NCBI GenBank assembly: GCA_003598025.1
Contig: QZKH01000009.1
Span: forward strand, 896 to 64,895
Reading direction: 5' to 3'
Source of the DNA: Candidatus Omnitrophota bacterium
GTDB lineage: Bacteria > Omnitrophota > Gorgyraeia > Gygaellales > Profunditerraquicolaceae
Length of the DNA stretch: 64,000 nucleotides
Under the pieces are notes generated by a model, which saw only the letters and a program-made list of their open reading frames with translations, searched no databases and was not told where the DNA came from. Positions 23,311 to 35,858 of the stretch are shown here, piece after piece (position 1 is the stretch's first letter; the number at the start of each line of letters is the position of its first letter). Both the position numbers and the translations under genes were made by a program.

Positions 23311-23390
23311 ATATCACCTGATGTTTTATCGGACCGGTTCTAAGCGTGATAACTTTGGCTTTCACGCCTGGATATTGAAGATTATTTTAG

Positions 23391-23464
23391 TGTCCCCACG
23401 GGGATTTGAACCCCGGCCGAGAGCTTGAAAAGCTCTTGTCCTGACCAGGCTAGACGATGGGGAC
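23391..23464 (-). tRNA. tRNA-Glu (anticodon TTC)
   Basis: Reverse complement: acceptor GTCCCCA/TGGGGAC, anticodon stem AGAGC/GCTCT with loop TTTTCAA, T arm CGGGGTTCAAATCCCCG. Confidence 0.85.
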
Positions 23465-23472
23465 AAATTTTG

Positions 23473-25902
23473 TTACTCTTCTTCGTTGATTACGGGAGCA
23501 ATGCAAGAAACCCTGTCTTTATCATGAAGCTTTATGAGCCGTACCCCTTGAGCCGATCTGCCTGTTGAACGGATATCTTTGACTGCACAACGCAAAAACA
23601 TGCCATTTTGAGTAATAGCCATTAGTTCATCATTGTCGTTTACTGTCTTTAGGCTGACGGCCTTGCCGTTCTTGTCTGTTACTTTAATATTGATAATACC
23701 TTTGCCCCCTCGGCTAGTCAAGCGGTATTCTTTAAAAGGGGTGCGCTTGGCAAAGCCTAATTCAGTTACGGTAAGGATTGAGGCTTCTTTATCTACCAAT
23801 ATCATTGCAATCACTTCGTCCTTCTTGTCAAGCTTTATGCCCCTGACCCCTTTTGCTCCCCTGCCCATTTCACGCACATGCGACTCTGCAAACCTTATCG
23901 CCTTTCCTTCTTTTGTGCCGATTAAAATTTCTTGTTTGCCGTTTGTCAGGCCTACGCTTATTAGCTCATCCCCTTTTTCAAGGCTTATACCTATTATGCC
24001 GCCTTTCCTTGGATTACTATAGGCATCGAGGCTCGTCTTCTTTATTGAACCCTGCTTTGTTACCATTATAAGGTAACTGTCCTGCGAAAATTCTTTTATT
24101 GGTATTATCGAGCTTATTTTTTCATCCGATTTAAGCTGCAATAAATTTACCACGGCCTTACCCTTGGCCGTACGGCTAGCCTGGGGGATTTCATAAGCCT
24201 TTAGCCAGTGCACTTGACCCGTATCAGTAAAAATCAAAAGATAGTCTTTAGTAGAAGCCACAAAAAGATGCTCAATAAAGTCTTCTTCTTTTAACTCTGC
24301 CCCGGTTACGCCCTTACCGCCTCTCTTCTGCTTTCGATATGCGCTTACGGGTAGCCTCTTTATGTAGCCATTATGGCTTATAGTTACAACAATATCTTCT
24401 TCAGCTATCAAATCCTCTACCTCAAGCTCTTCAACTTCCCCTACTATATCGGTCCTTCTCTCGTCGCCGTACTGTTTTTTTAACTCTTCTAATTCTGATT
24501 TAATTATATTTTCTATTTTCTTTTCCGACGCTAAAATCGCTTTGCAAGTCTCGATTATTTTAAGCAACTCTGCGTACTCGGCATCTATTTTATCGCGCTC
24601 CAAAGCCGTCAACCTCTGTAGCTGCATCTCTAAAATTGCCTGTGCCTGTATCTCGCTTAATTCAAACTCCTTTACTAAATTAACTTTTGCGATCTGGGTA
24701 TTTTTTGAGGTCTTGATTACTTTAATTATCCTGTCTATGAATTTTAAAGCTATCTTTAATCCCTCTAGGATATGCGCTCTTCTCTGGGCTTTATCTAAGT
24801 CAAATTGGGTACGCCTGCGTATTACTATCTTCCTATGCCCGATATAGCAATCCATCATTTGCCTAAGGTTCAAAACCTTGGGACGGTTATCAACTAACGC
24901 CAGCATTATCACCCCGAATGTAGTCTCAAGTTGGGTATGCTTAAAAAGCTGATTCAATACAATCTGGGGCTCGGTATCCCTCTTTAGCTCTACCACTATA
25001 CGCAAGCCGTCCTTATCGGACTCATCCCTTATATCCGAAATGCCTTCTATCTTTTTGTCATCGACAAGAGAGGCTATGCTTTCTATCATGCCGGCCTTCT
25101 GCACCTGATATGGAATTTCAGTTATAGCTATCAGGTCCTTACCGCCTTTTTGGCGCTCAATATTGGCTTTTGCCCTTAAAGTCAATTTGCCCCTGCCAGT
25201 AGTAAAGGCATCTTTTATACCGGCCCTGCCGCAGATTATGCCCCCGGTAGGAAAATCCGGGCCCTTGACAAACCGCATCAAGTCTTTAATCTCACACCCG
25301 GGATTATCTAATATATGGATTATCGCATCTGCGATCTCGTTTAAATTGTGCGGTGGAATATTAGTCGCCATGCCGACTGCTATACCGCTTGAACCGTTCA
25401 GCAAAAGATTCGGTATTTTTGCCGGCAATACTGAAGGCTCGGAAAGCGAAGAATCAAAATTAGGAACAAAATTGACTGTGTCTTTTTCAATATCAAAAAG
25501 CATCTCTTCGGCTATTTTGGTAAGCCTGGCCTCTGTGTAGCGCATTGCCGCCGCAGCGTCTCCGTCAATAGACCCAAAGTTGCCTTGTCCGTCTACCAAT
25601 GTATAACGGAGAGAAAAATCCTGCGCCATCCTAACGAGCGTATCGTAAACCGCCATATCCCCATGCGGATGATATTTACCTAGGATTTCACCGACGATAC
25701 GGGCGCTTTTTTTGTAAGGCTTATTGTGTTCAAGGCCCAAATCACGCATGGCATAAAGAACCCTCCGGTGTACAGGCTTCAATCCATCCCTGGCATCAGG
25801 CAGAGCCCTGCCTACAATAACGCTCATAGCATAATTTAAATAAGAGTCCTTTACTTCTTCTTCAATATAGATGGGAATTATTTTTTCGTTTCTGGTATAC
25901 AT
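23473..25902 (-). CDS. gyrA: DNA gyrase subunit A
   Basis: 809 aa, [23 protein letters not shown] active-site region. Confidence 0.9.
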   Translation of the reverse strand: MYTRNEKIIPIYIEEEVKDSYLNYAMSVIVGRALPDARDGLKPVHRRVLYAMRDLGLEHNKPYKKSARIVGEILGKYHPHGDMAVYDTLVRMAQDFSLRYTLVDGQGNFGSIDGDAAAAMRYTEARLTKIAEEMLFDIEKDTVNFVPNFDSSLSEPSVLPAKIPNLLLNGSSGIAVGMATNIPPHNLNEIADAIIHILDNPGCEIKDLMRFVKGPDFPTGGIICGRAGIKDAFTTGRGKLTLRAKANIERQKGGKDLIAITEIPYQVQKAGMIESIASLVDDKKIEGISDIRDESDKDGLRIVVELKRDTEPQIVLNQLFKHTQLETTFGVIMLALVDNRPKVLNLRQMMDCYIGHRKIVIRRRTQFDLDKAQRRAHILEGLKIALKFIDRIIKVIKTSKNTQIAKVNLVKEFELSEIQAQAILEMQLQRLTALERDKIDAEYAELLKIIETCKAILASEKKIENIIKSELEELKKQYGDERRTDIVGEVEELEVEDLIAEEDIVVTISHNGYIKRLPVSAYRKQKRGGKGVTGAELKEEDFIEHLFVASTKDYLLIFTDTGQVHWLKAYEIPQASRTAKGKAVVNLLQLKSDEKISSIIPIKEFSQDSYLIMVTKQGSIKKTSLDAYSNPRKGGIIGISLEKGDELISVGLTNGKQEILIGTKEGKAIRFAESHVREMGRGAKGVRGIKLDKKDEVIAMILVDKEASILTVTELGFAKRTPFKEYRLTSRGGKGIINIKVTDKNGKAVSLKTVNDNDELMAITQNGMFLRCAVKDIRSTGRSAQGVRLIKLHDKDRVSCIAPVINEEE

Positions 25903-25903
25903 T

Positions 25904-28387
<2,484 letters not shown>

Positions 28388-28669
28388 TTATTTACCCAAA
28401 AATACTTTAATGTCTTTAAGTCCATCGATATCTTCTTTTAGCCTGCTTAATAGCAAAGGTTTTTTTAAATTAAACTGATACAGCCATGCAGATGAGTCTA
28501 AACCTATGCCTAAAACTCCGGAGCGAAAATAATTACACTTTATATGACTTAATTCCCTTTTTGTCAAAACCTTTTTTAAAATTTTTTCCGTGGCTATACC
28601 ACCGGAACCATGTCCGGCTTTACCTAAGTCGGAAAAAAACTGCTCGATAATATCTTTTATTTTATCCAT
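28388..28669 (-). CDS. DUF721 (DciA-like) protein
   Basis: 93 aa, GVLGIGLDSSAWLYQF pattern. Conserved position between dnaN and gyrB. Confidence 0.5.
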   Translation of the reverse strand: MDKIKDIIEQFFSDLGKAGHGSGGIATEKILKKVLTKRELSHIKCNYFRSGVLGIGLDSSAWLYQFNLKKPLLLSRLKEDIDGLKDIKVFLGK

Positions 28670-29761
28670 CTAACCTAAACGCATGGGCAAAACAACATAT
28701 GTGTAGCCGTCAACACGGACAACTGCCGGCTTATCCGAATCGGTTACCTCAAGGCAGACCTTTTCATCCTTAAGGTTTTTCAAAACATCGATTAAATAAT
28801 TGGGGTTAAAACCGATTACCAATTCCTTGCCTTTATACTCAATGCGGAGCTCTTCCCTTGATTCTCCGATATCCGGGGTTGTTTTAGAAACGACCAGTTT
28901 ATCTTTAAACATCTCGAATTTAATAGCCTGGTAATCCGGGGTCGACAACAAGGCAGCCCTTTTCACAGCCAAGAGAAACTCTGCCCTCTCTACAAACATT
29001 TTATTTTCGGAAACACCCGGTACTACCTGTTTATAATCAGGGAATTCCCCCTCTATAAGTCGCGAAATAATCACAATATTGCCAAGATCAAAAAGCGCTT
29101 GGTTATTATTAATAATTAAAGATAGCTCTCCTTCATCTTTTAAATTACGGATTAACTCATGAATGGTTTTTATTGGAACAATTGTCCTGATATCTTTATC
29201 GATACTTTGGTTAATTTTCTTATCGATTATTGCCAACCTTTTACCATCGGTTGCAACAAGATTAATATTACCTTTTTCGATTTTAAAAAGTATGCCGTTT
29301 AATATATACCTCGTTTCATCAAAAGAAACAGCAAAAGATGTCAGATTTAACATCTCTTTTAACACTCCCTGATCTATCTTAATCACCTCTTTATCTTTAA
29401 ATTCAGGAAGTTTTGGGAATTCTTCACTCGAAAGCCCGACAATCTTAAACTGACAGGTATCAGTCTCTATTATAACCATATTATTCTTTTTGGTGCTTAT
29501 ACTAATACTATCTGCGGGTAATTCCTTAACAATCTCTCCCAATTTTTTAGCAGGTATAGTAATTAACCCTGGTTCAGAGGTATTCACAGGTAATACACAA
29601 CTTATACCTATATCTAAATCTGTTGCGGTAAGCCTGATACTATCCTGATGTGCTTCAAGTAACACATTCGAGAGTATAGGCAAGGCTGATTTCGAAGAAA
29701 TAACGTTTTGAACTGCCTGAATACCCGAAACCAGCACATCTTTTTTAATTTTAAATTTCAT
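28670..29761 (-). CDS. dnaN: DNA polymerase III beta sliding clamp
   Basis: 363 aa, three-domain clamp. Adjacent to dnaA. Confidence 0.9.
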   Translation of the reverse strand: MKFKIKKDVLVSGIQAVQNVISSKSALPILSNVLLEAHQDSIRLTATDLDIGISCVLPVNTSEPGLITIPAKKLGEIVKELPADSISISTKKNNMVIIETDTCQFKIVGLSSEEFPKLPEFKDKEVIKIDQGVLKEMLNLTSFAVSFDETRYILNGILFKIEKGNINLVATDGKRLAIIDKKINQSIDKDIRTIVPIKTIHELIRNLKDEGELSLIINNNQALFDLGNIVIISRLIEGEFPDYKQVVPGVSENKMFVERAEFLLAVKRAALLSTPDYQAIKFEMFKDKLVVSKTTPDIGESREELRIEYKGKELVIGFNPNYLIDVLKNLKDEKVCLEVTDSDKPAVVRVDGYTYVVLPMRLG

Positions 29762-29901
29762 TTTATTCCTCCCTATTAATATATATTTAGAAAAACTTAA
29801 ATAGTATTAGTAATAAAAAGGTTGTGTTTCTGTTGAAAAGTTTATAACTATTTTTATTTTATAGTGTTGTAAATACCAAAAACATTGCATAAGTTCTTAA
29901 T

Positions 29902-31233
29902 TTACTGTTGAATTATCTGAATGATCCTTTCGATTCTGGCTTTAAGATTTGGGTTTAAGTTAACACCCTCCTTAATTTTATTACATGAATGCAAAACGGT
30001 GGTATGATCCTTGCCACCAAAGAATTCCCCTATTTCAGGAAGCGACAAATCGGTCAATTCTCTGCTTAAATACATGGCAATTTGCCTGGGTAAAACAATG
30101 TTTTTATTTCTTCTTTTGGTTTTTAAGTCAAATATGGACACCCCAAACTCTTCAGATACACAGCGTTGTATAAAGTCTATATTAATATTTTTCTGGGTTT
30201 CCCTACAAAGGTCTTTTAAAACCTCCTTGGTTAAATCAAGGGTAATGGGTTTTTCTTCGAGCAATGAATAAGCTATGGTGCGGATCAGCGCACCCTCTAA
30301 CTCCCTTATATTTGTTTTGACCAGCTGGGCAATAAAAAATATAACCTCATCCGGTACCGCAACAGGCTCCCTTTCAATCTTTTTCTTCAATATTGCTATT
30401 CGTGTTTCCAGGTCAGGAGGCTGCACATCTGTGGTTAGCCCCCAGCTAAAGCGCGAAACAAGGCGGTCCTGGAGGTTAGAAATTTCTTTTGGCGGCCTGT
30501 CAGAAGAAATTATTATTTGTTTATGCGCATCATAAAGAGTGTTAAATGTGTGAAAGAATTCTTCCTGGGTAGATTCCTTGCCGGCAATAAAATGTATATC
30601 ATCGATGACCAGCACATCAACATTACGGTATTTTTGCCTGAAATTATTTGTTGAGTGGTGCTGGATTGAGTCAATAAGCTCATTAGTAAAGCGCTCGGAT
30701 GAAATATAATATATTTTTGAATTCGGGTTCTTTAATTTAATCTGATGGCAGATTGCTTGCATAAGGTGCGTTTTACCGAGGCCGACCCCGCCATAGATAA
30801 ATAAAGGATTATAGGTTTTTGCTGGAGAATCCGCAACAGCTAAAGAGTAAGCGTGCGCATGCCTATTTGATGGGCCTATGACAAAATTATCAAACGTGTA
30901 TCTGGGGTTAAGGTTTAATGAGTCTTTGCCAACCGGTCTCTGAGTAAGGCTTGGTTCCGCTTTGGCTTGCTTAAGCTCAGATTCAGGAGCAACGATTAAT
31001 TCTATGGTGATACTTGAAGCGGCATTATAACTCACAGCCTTTTCAATAACATTTTTATAGTGCCCTTCAACCCAATCTTTAAAAAACCCATCTGGAGCTT
31101 CCAGGGTTGCCTTATTCGGCTCTAGCGACAAAAGCTTGAGCGGCTCGATCCATGCGGAATATATCGAATCCCCTAGCTCGTTGCGAAGAGTTTCCTTGCT
31201 CGATTCCCAGATTTTTCCTGCTGGTTTATGCAT
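29902..31233 (-). CDS. dnaA: chromosomal replication initiator DnaA
   Basis: 443 aa, AAA+ GGVGLGKTHL and C-terminal DNA-binding domain. Confidence 0.9.
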   Translation of the reverse strand: MHKPAGKIWESSKETLRNELGDSIYSAWIEPLKLLSLEPNKATLEAPDGFFKDWVEGHYKNVIEKAVSYNAASSITIELIVAPESELKQAKAEPSLTQRPVGKDSLNLNPRYTFDNFVIGPSNRHAHAYSLAVADSPAKTYNPLFIYGGVGLGKTHLMQAICHQIKLKNPNSKIYYISSERFTNELIDSIQHHSTNNFRQKYRNVDVLVIDDIHFIAGKESTQEEFFHTFNTLYDAHKQIIISSDRPPKEISNLQDRLVSRFSWGLTTDVQPPDLETRIAILKKKIEREPVAVPDEVIFFIAQLVKTNIRELEGALIRTIAYSLLEEKPITLDLTKEVLKDLCRETQKNINIDFIQRCVSEEFGVSIFDLKTKRRNKNIVLPRQIAMYLSRELTDLSLPEIGEFFGGKDHTTVLHSCNKIKEGVNLNPNLKARIERIIQIIQQ

Positions 31234-31245
31234 ACTATTAGGGGG

Positions 31246-31297
31246 TTATCTACAGTATCCACAATTTATACACAGCTTTAATAACTCTGTGGAATAC
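31246..31297. promoter_or_regulatory. cluster of DnaA-box-like 9-mers (TTATCTACA, GTATCCACA, TTATACACA, TGTGGAATA). Candidate oriC / dnaA autoregulation region.
   Basis: Each 9-mer has one mismatch or none to TTATCCACA. They lie immediately upstream of the dnaA start. A further TTATCCACC sits at 31438-31446. Gene orientation switches strand here. Confidence 0.5.
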
Positions 31298-31410
31298 TAT
31301 TTTTGAAGACCGGTGACTATTATACATAAAAATTTTATGCAGTCAATATAATTGTTTCAACAAGTTTTTAACATTCAGAAAATTTTTCAGAAAAAACAAA
31401 ACCTACGGCA

Positions 31411-31438
31411 TTGACTTAAGTTAAATTTGTGTTATAAT
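31411..31438 (+). promoter_or_regulatory. promoter of rpmH (TTGACT-16 nt-TATAAT)
   Basis: TTGACTTAAGTTAAATTTGTGTTATAAT about 60 nt upstream of the rpmH ATG. Confidence 0.55.
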
Positions 31439-31497
31439 TATCCACCGTTATAAAAATTTATTATTTAACAACAACAATTATAACCGGAGAATACCGC

Positions 31498-31635
31498 ATG
31501 AAAAAAAATATTAAAACACCGACGAGGAGAATTGGAAAAAGGAGGCATGGGTTTTTGAGTCGCATGAGAACAGCTTCCGGCAGGGCAGTTATAACGAGAA
31601 GAAGGCTGAAAGGAAGAAAAGCATTAAGCAAGTGA
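31498..31635 (+). CDS. rpmH: 50S ribosomal protein L34
   Basis: 45-aa [48 protein letters not shown]. Below the ORF-track size cutoff. Classic L34. Confidence 0.85.
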   Translation: MKKNIKTPTRRIGKRRHGFLSRMRTASGRAVITRRRLKGRKALSK

Positions 31636-31850
31636 AAACCCGAATATTTTTTGTCAATTTAATTGAAGCTTACCAAAAATACGCTAGTCATAGCATGCCT
31701 AAAAGCTGCAGGTTTATACCCAGCTGTTCCGAATATACTAAGCAGGCACTTTTAAAGTATGGCTGTATTAAAGGATGGTTTTTGGGATTCAAAAGGTTAT
31801 TGCGCTGCCATCCATTTTCTGGCCAGCATGGCTATGACCCGGTAAAATAA
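31632..31850 (+). CDS. yidD: membrane protein insertion efficiency factor YidD
   Basis: [15 protein letters not shown] motif. GTG start overlaps the rpmH stop. Confidence 0.75.
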   Translation: MKTRIFFVNLIEAYQKYASHSMPKSCRFIPSCSEYTKQALLKYGCIKGWFLGFKRLLRCHPFSGQHGYDPVK

Positions 31851-31865
31851 AGAATCGGAGAAAAT

Positions 31866-33389
31866 ATGCAAAAAAGAATTATCTTAGCTTTTTCCCTGTC
31901 AATGCTAATCATGATAACCTGGTCTGCGCTAGTATCTAAACCGCAACCAATTGTAAATAAAGAAGTTGCGCTTAGTGAAGTTACTTTGCCAAAGCAAGAA
32001 GTTTTAAATAATATTGCTGAAGCAAAGCCTTCTCTGGCTGAGAAGACCGGCAGAGATATTGAGGTTATTGCGGACCAATGGGGAAAAATAATTTTCTCTG
32101 AGAATGAAGCAGCGATCTCTGATGTATCTTTTAAAAATTACAACTACCAGAATTTGCTGCTAAATGAAGGCCTATCTTTAAAAGGTAGTAATAAATTTGT
32201 TTTGCTTGAAAATACTCCTAAAAGCATTAAATTTGTCCAATCTGATAAAGATAAAAAGATTATTAAAGATTTTATTTTTTGTAAGCCTAAGTATTGTATA
32301 GAGTTATATATTTCTATCACTAACAATTCAAATACTGATCTTAAGTTTGCCTTTCCTTTGGTATTAGGTGTTATTAAAGATTCTAAAGACCAGCTTCTTG
32401 GAAGATATGAAGATGTAACTGTCGCTGTTGCGAATAAATTTACTCATGTCAATCTTAAAAATGATAAGGATTTTTCTAATGTAAAATATTTATCTTATAG
32501 GGATAGGTATTTTTCTTTAATAGTAGAGCCCGTAGAAGGAAACTATTCTGGCTATATACGCCGGTTTAACGGAATAAAGGGATCGGAGATTGGATTGATC
32601 TCAGGCGATTATTTGATAAAACCAGGGCAAACCCATATAGAAAAATTCGCTATCTATTTGGGACCTCAAGATTTAAGTCACATTAACAATGTCAGTACCA
32701 GCTGGGGTAATATTGTAAATTATGGTACTTTTGATTTTTTTGGGCAGATAATTTTTCAATCAATGGAAATGATATTTAAAATCGTTCATAATTGGGGAGT
32801 GGTTATAATCATTCTAGGGGTTTTTATTTATTTGCTGTTTTATCCGCTTACAAATAAACAGATGCGTTCTATGAAAGCCATGCAAGCTTTACAGCCCAAA
32901 GTCGAGGAATTAAGGGCCAGGTTGAAAGATAACCCCCAGAAACTTAATAAGGAGATAATGGCTCTATATCGTGAGAATAAAGTCAATCCTTTAAGCGGAT
33001 GCTTGCCGATATTATTGCAGATACCGATATTTTTTGCATTATATCAAGTCTTAATGAGGTCTGTCGCTTTGAAGGGAGCAGAATTTTTGTGGATTAAAGA
33101 CCTTGCTGAGCCGGACAGGCTATTTATACTACCCAAAAACATCCCTTTATTAGGCAATGAGATCAATTTATTGCCGATATTGATGGCTATCGGTATGTTT
33201 ATGCAAAACAAATTGTCTATGTCGTCGTCAAGCGGCGCTAGTGCGGAACAGCAAAAACTTATGATGTTTATGTTACCGATAGTATTTGGATTTCTTTTTT
33301 ATCATATGCCTTCAGGCCTAGTGCTGTATTGGTTTGTAAATAGCTTATTGATGCTAGTAAATCAAATCAAATTAAACTTGGCTAAATAG
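31866..33389 (+). CDS. yidC: membrane protein insertase YidC
   Basis: 507 aa, large periplasmic domain and C-terminal 5-TM core. Confidence 0.85.
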   Translation: MQKRIILAFSLSMLIMITWSALVSKPQPIVNKEVALSEVTLPKQEVLNNIAEAKPSLAEKTGRDIEVIADQWGKIIFSENEAAISDVSFKNYNYQNLLLNEGLSLKGSNKFVLLENTPKSIKFVQSDKDKKIIKDFIFCKPKYCIELYISITNNSNTDLKFAFPLVLGVIKDSKDQLLGRYEDVTVAVANKFTHVNLKNDKDFSNVKYLSYRDRYFSLIVEPVEGNYSGYIRRFNGIKGSEIGLISGDYLIKPGQTHIEKFAIYLGPQDLSHINNVSTSWGNIVNYGTFDFFGQIIFQSMEMIFKIVHNWGVVIIILGVFIYLLFYPLTNKQMRSMKAMQALQPKVEELRARLKDNPQKLNKEIMALYRENKVNPLSGCLPILLQIPIFFALYQVLMRSVALKGAEFLWIKDLAEPDRLFILPKNIPLLGNEINLLPILMAIGMFMQNKLSMSSSSGASAEQQKLMMFMLPIVFGFLFYHMPSGLVLYWFVNSLLMLVNQIKLNLAK

Positions 33390-33401
33390 TATTAAATAAT
33401 A

Positions 33402-33581
33402 TGAAGAAAAATAGCATTGAAATAGAAGGAAACAGTGTAGAACAGGCCATAAAAAAAGCGCTTAAGGAATTACAGCTGCCTCGAGATAAAGTTAAAATTA
33501 AGGTGCTTTCTGAAGAAAAGAAGGGGCTATTTGGCATGCCTGGTGCTAAGCCTGCTAAGGTGCGGGTAACGCCAATTTAGG
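33402..33581 (+). CDS. stand-alone Jag_N (KhpB N-terminal) domain mini-protein
   Basis: 59-aa ORF MKKNSIEIEGNSVEQAIKKALKELQLPRDKVKIKVLSEEKKGLFGMPGAKPAKVRVTPI in the canonical jag position after yidC. No KH/R3H part follows. Confidence 0.5.
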
Positions 33582-33600
33582 GCCTAAGCCAAGAAATTGA

Positions 33601-33629
33601 TTGACAAACTAAGAAAATGGGTTTATCGT
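33601..33629 (+). promoter_or_regulatory. candidate parA promoter (TTGACA-17 nt-TATCGT)
   Basis: Hexamers with 17-nt spacing upstream of parA. Confidence 0.35.
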
Positions 33630-33652
33630 ATTAATTGTTAATTAAACATAAA

Positions 33653-33666
33653 GTTCCACGCGGAAC
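33653..33666. promoter_or_regulatory. parS-like palindrome GTTCCACGCGGAAC
   Basis: Perfect 14-bp palindrome. One central change from the consensus parS core GTTTCACGTGAAAC. Immediately upstream of parA. Confidence 0.55.
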
Positions 33667-33672
33667 ATTAAA

Positions 33673-34488
33673 ATGGGCAAAACCATAGTAATTTGCAATC
33701 AAAAAGGTGGCACAGGCAAAACAACATCAGCTGTTAATCTTTCGGCATGTTTTGCCATGATGGGCAAAAAGACCCTGTTAATTGACCTAGACCCTCAAGC
33801 AAACGCAACAAGCGGCCTAGGCATCAACAGGGCAGACATAAAAAAAAGCGCTTACCATATCCTTATGGAAGAATGCAGCGCAGACGAGATCAAGCTAAAA
33901 ACCTCGATATACAACCTAGAATTAATACCTTCGAATTTAGATTTAACCGGAGCAGAGATTGAACTAGTAGGAGCGCTAGGTAGGGAGCATAGGCTAAAAA
34001 AAGCATTATTAAATATTAAAAATAATCATGAATTTATAATTATAGACTCTCCGCCTTCACTTGGGTTATTGACCATAAATGCTTTATGTGCAGCTAATTC
34101 AATATTGATTCCAGTGCAATCTGAATATTTTGCTTTAGAAGGATTGTCGCAACTACTTCATACTGTTGAGCTTGTGAGAAATAATCTAAACCAAGAGCTC
34201 TATATCGAAGGCGTTTTTCTTACAATGGCAGACGTGAGGACTAATTTAAGCCGAGAAGTAATACAAGAGGTTAAGAATCATTTTAAAGATAAAGTTTACA
34301 ATACAATTATCCCGCGTAACATACGCTTAGGAGAAGCTCCAAGTTATGGCAAGCCTATTTCGTTGTATGACAAAGCTTCTATTGGCGCTCAAAAATATGA
34401 AGAATTAAGTAGGGAAATTTTAGGCCTACCCGCAACAAATAACAGATTGGACAATTTAGAAACAAACAATTCTCCAGATCGGACATAA
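33673..34488 (+). CDS. parA: chromosome partitioning ATPase ParA/Soj
   Basis: Deviant Walker A KGGTGKTT. Confidence 0.9.
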   Translation: MGKTIVICNQKGGTGKTTSAVNLSACFAMMGKKTLLIDLDPQANATSGLGINRADIKKSAYHILMEECSADEIKLKTSIYNLELIPSNLDLTGAEIELVGALGREHRLKKALLNIKNNHEFIIIDSPPSLGLLTINALCAANSILIPVQSEYFALEGLSQLLHTVELVRNNLNQELYIEGVFLTMADVRTNLSREVIQEVKNHFKDKVYNTIIPRNIRLGEAPSYGKPISLYDKASIGAQKYEELSREILGLPATNNRLDNLETNNSPDRT

Positions 34489-34502
34489 AAGAGGAGCTTA
34501 TT

Positions 34503-35351
34503 ATGGAAAGAAGAGCTTTAGGAAGGGGAATTAGCGCTTTAATCCCGGAACAGACAGAAGAAAAAAGCTTAAAAATTAATTTAATCAAGGTGGATAACAT
34601 AAAGCCGAATCCCTATCAGCCGAGAAAAAATTTTGATCAGGAGAGTTTAGATGAATTAATACAATCAATAAGAGAAAGAGGAGTAATCCAGCCAATTTTG
34701 GTAAGGCGTAAAGGCGATAGTTTCGAGCTTATCGCCGGCGAGAGGAGATTTAGAGCTGCCATAGCCCTTAAGCTGCAAGAAATCCCGGCGATTATTAAAG
34801 AAGCGGAAGATATTGATTCGCTGGAGCTTTCTCTGGTTGAAAACCTTCAGCGGGAAGATTTGAACCCCATCGAGGAGGCCAGGGCGTATCAGTACATGAT
34901 AGAAAAATTCCAATACACCCAAGAAAGAATCAGTGAAGTTTTAGGAAAATCCAGAGTAAGTGTGACCAATAGTTTACGTTTACTTAAGCTTCCCATAGAA
35001 GTGCAAGAAGAATTAAAAAATGGCAGGATTTCGTTTGCCCATGGAAGAGCGCTTTTAGAGTTGGATGAGCCTAATTTGCAAAGAAAAATAATGAATGATA
35101 TTATCTCTAACTCTTTGTCTGTAAGGGAGTTAGAGAACATCATAAAAAGTAAAAGGAAAACGCTTGTCAGAAAACACCCTAGCGCCAGAAATCAAGATAC
35201 CTATTTAGCCGTGATCGAAGAGCAGTTGCAGCATCATCTGGCCACAAAGGTCAATATTCTCAAAAAGAAGAAACGCGGCAAAATAATAATTGAATTCTTT
35301 TCAGATGAAGACTTAAATAGAATTATAAAAAAATTAAAAGGAGAAGTTTAA
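34503..35351 (+). CDS. parB: chromosome partitioning protein ParB/Spo0J
   Basis: GERRFRAA ParB box and HTH. Confidence 0.9.
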   Translation: MERRALGRGISALIPEQTEEKSLKINLIKVDNIKPNPYQPRKNFDQESLDELIQSIRERGVIQPILVRRKGDSFELIAGERRFRAAIALKLQEIPAIIKEAEDIDSLELSLVENLQREDLNPIEEARAYQYMIEKFQYTQERISEVLGKSRVSVTNSLRLLKLPIEVQEELKNGRISFAHGRALLELDEPNLQRKIMNDIISNSLSVRELENIIKSKRKTLVRKHPSARNQDTYLAVIEEQLQHHLATKVNILKKKKRGKIIIEFFSDEDLNRIIKKLKGEV

Positions 35352-35353
35352 AC

Positions 35354-35857
35354 ATGAACAAGGCTGTATTAATATTAATCAAGCCTGACGGATTGAAAAA
35401 GTCGCTAACGGGAAATATTCTTACAAGGCTGTCAGAGACCAAACTCGAGATTGTTGCTGCAAAAATGGTCAGGGTAAAAAGGGATTTAGCTGCGGAACAC
35501 TATAAGCATTTAAATGATAAGCCGTTTTTTGAAGAGCTGATAAAGTATTTACAGGGGGAGCTTCATAACCGCAAAAAAGTGATGGCGTTGATTTATTGGG
35601 GCAAGGACGCTATTAATAAATGCAGAGAATTGGCAGGCGCCACTAATCCCGAGGAGGCCGAGTCAACAAGTATAAGGGGATCTTACGGCAGGATAACTAC
35701 CTCCGGGCTTTATGAAAACGTTATTCATGTTTCTTCAAATGAATCTGAAGCAGAAAGAGAAATAAAACTTTGGTTTAATCCCGACGAAATAATAGTAGAT
35801 TTATATCCTTCAAAAGAAATTATTGAAAAAGAAATAAAGACAAGGGTATGGGCTTAA
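35354..35857 (+). CDS. ndk: nucleoside diphosphate kinase
   Basis: LIKPDG, KPFF, IRG and NVIHVS (NxxHxSD-like) motifs. Confidence 0.75.
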   Translation: MNKAVLILIKPDGLKKSLTGNILTRLSETKLEIVAAKMVRVKRDLAAEHYKHLNDKPFFEELIKYLQGELHNRKKVMALIYWGKDAINKCRELAGATNPEEAESTSIRGSYGRITTSGLYENVIHVSSNESEAEREIKLWFNPDEIIVDLYPSKEIIEKEIKTRVWA

Positions 35858-35858
35858 T

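Noticed and set aside
23311-23390. Looked for a glmS ribozyme upstream of glmS
   Set aside because: Only about 80 nt separate glmS from tRNA-Glu, too short for the roughly 170-nt ribozyme. Only a small hairpin is present.
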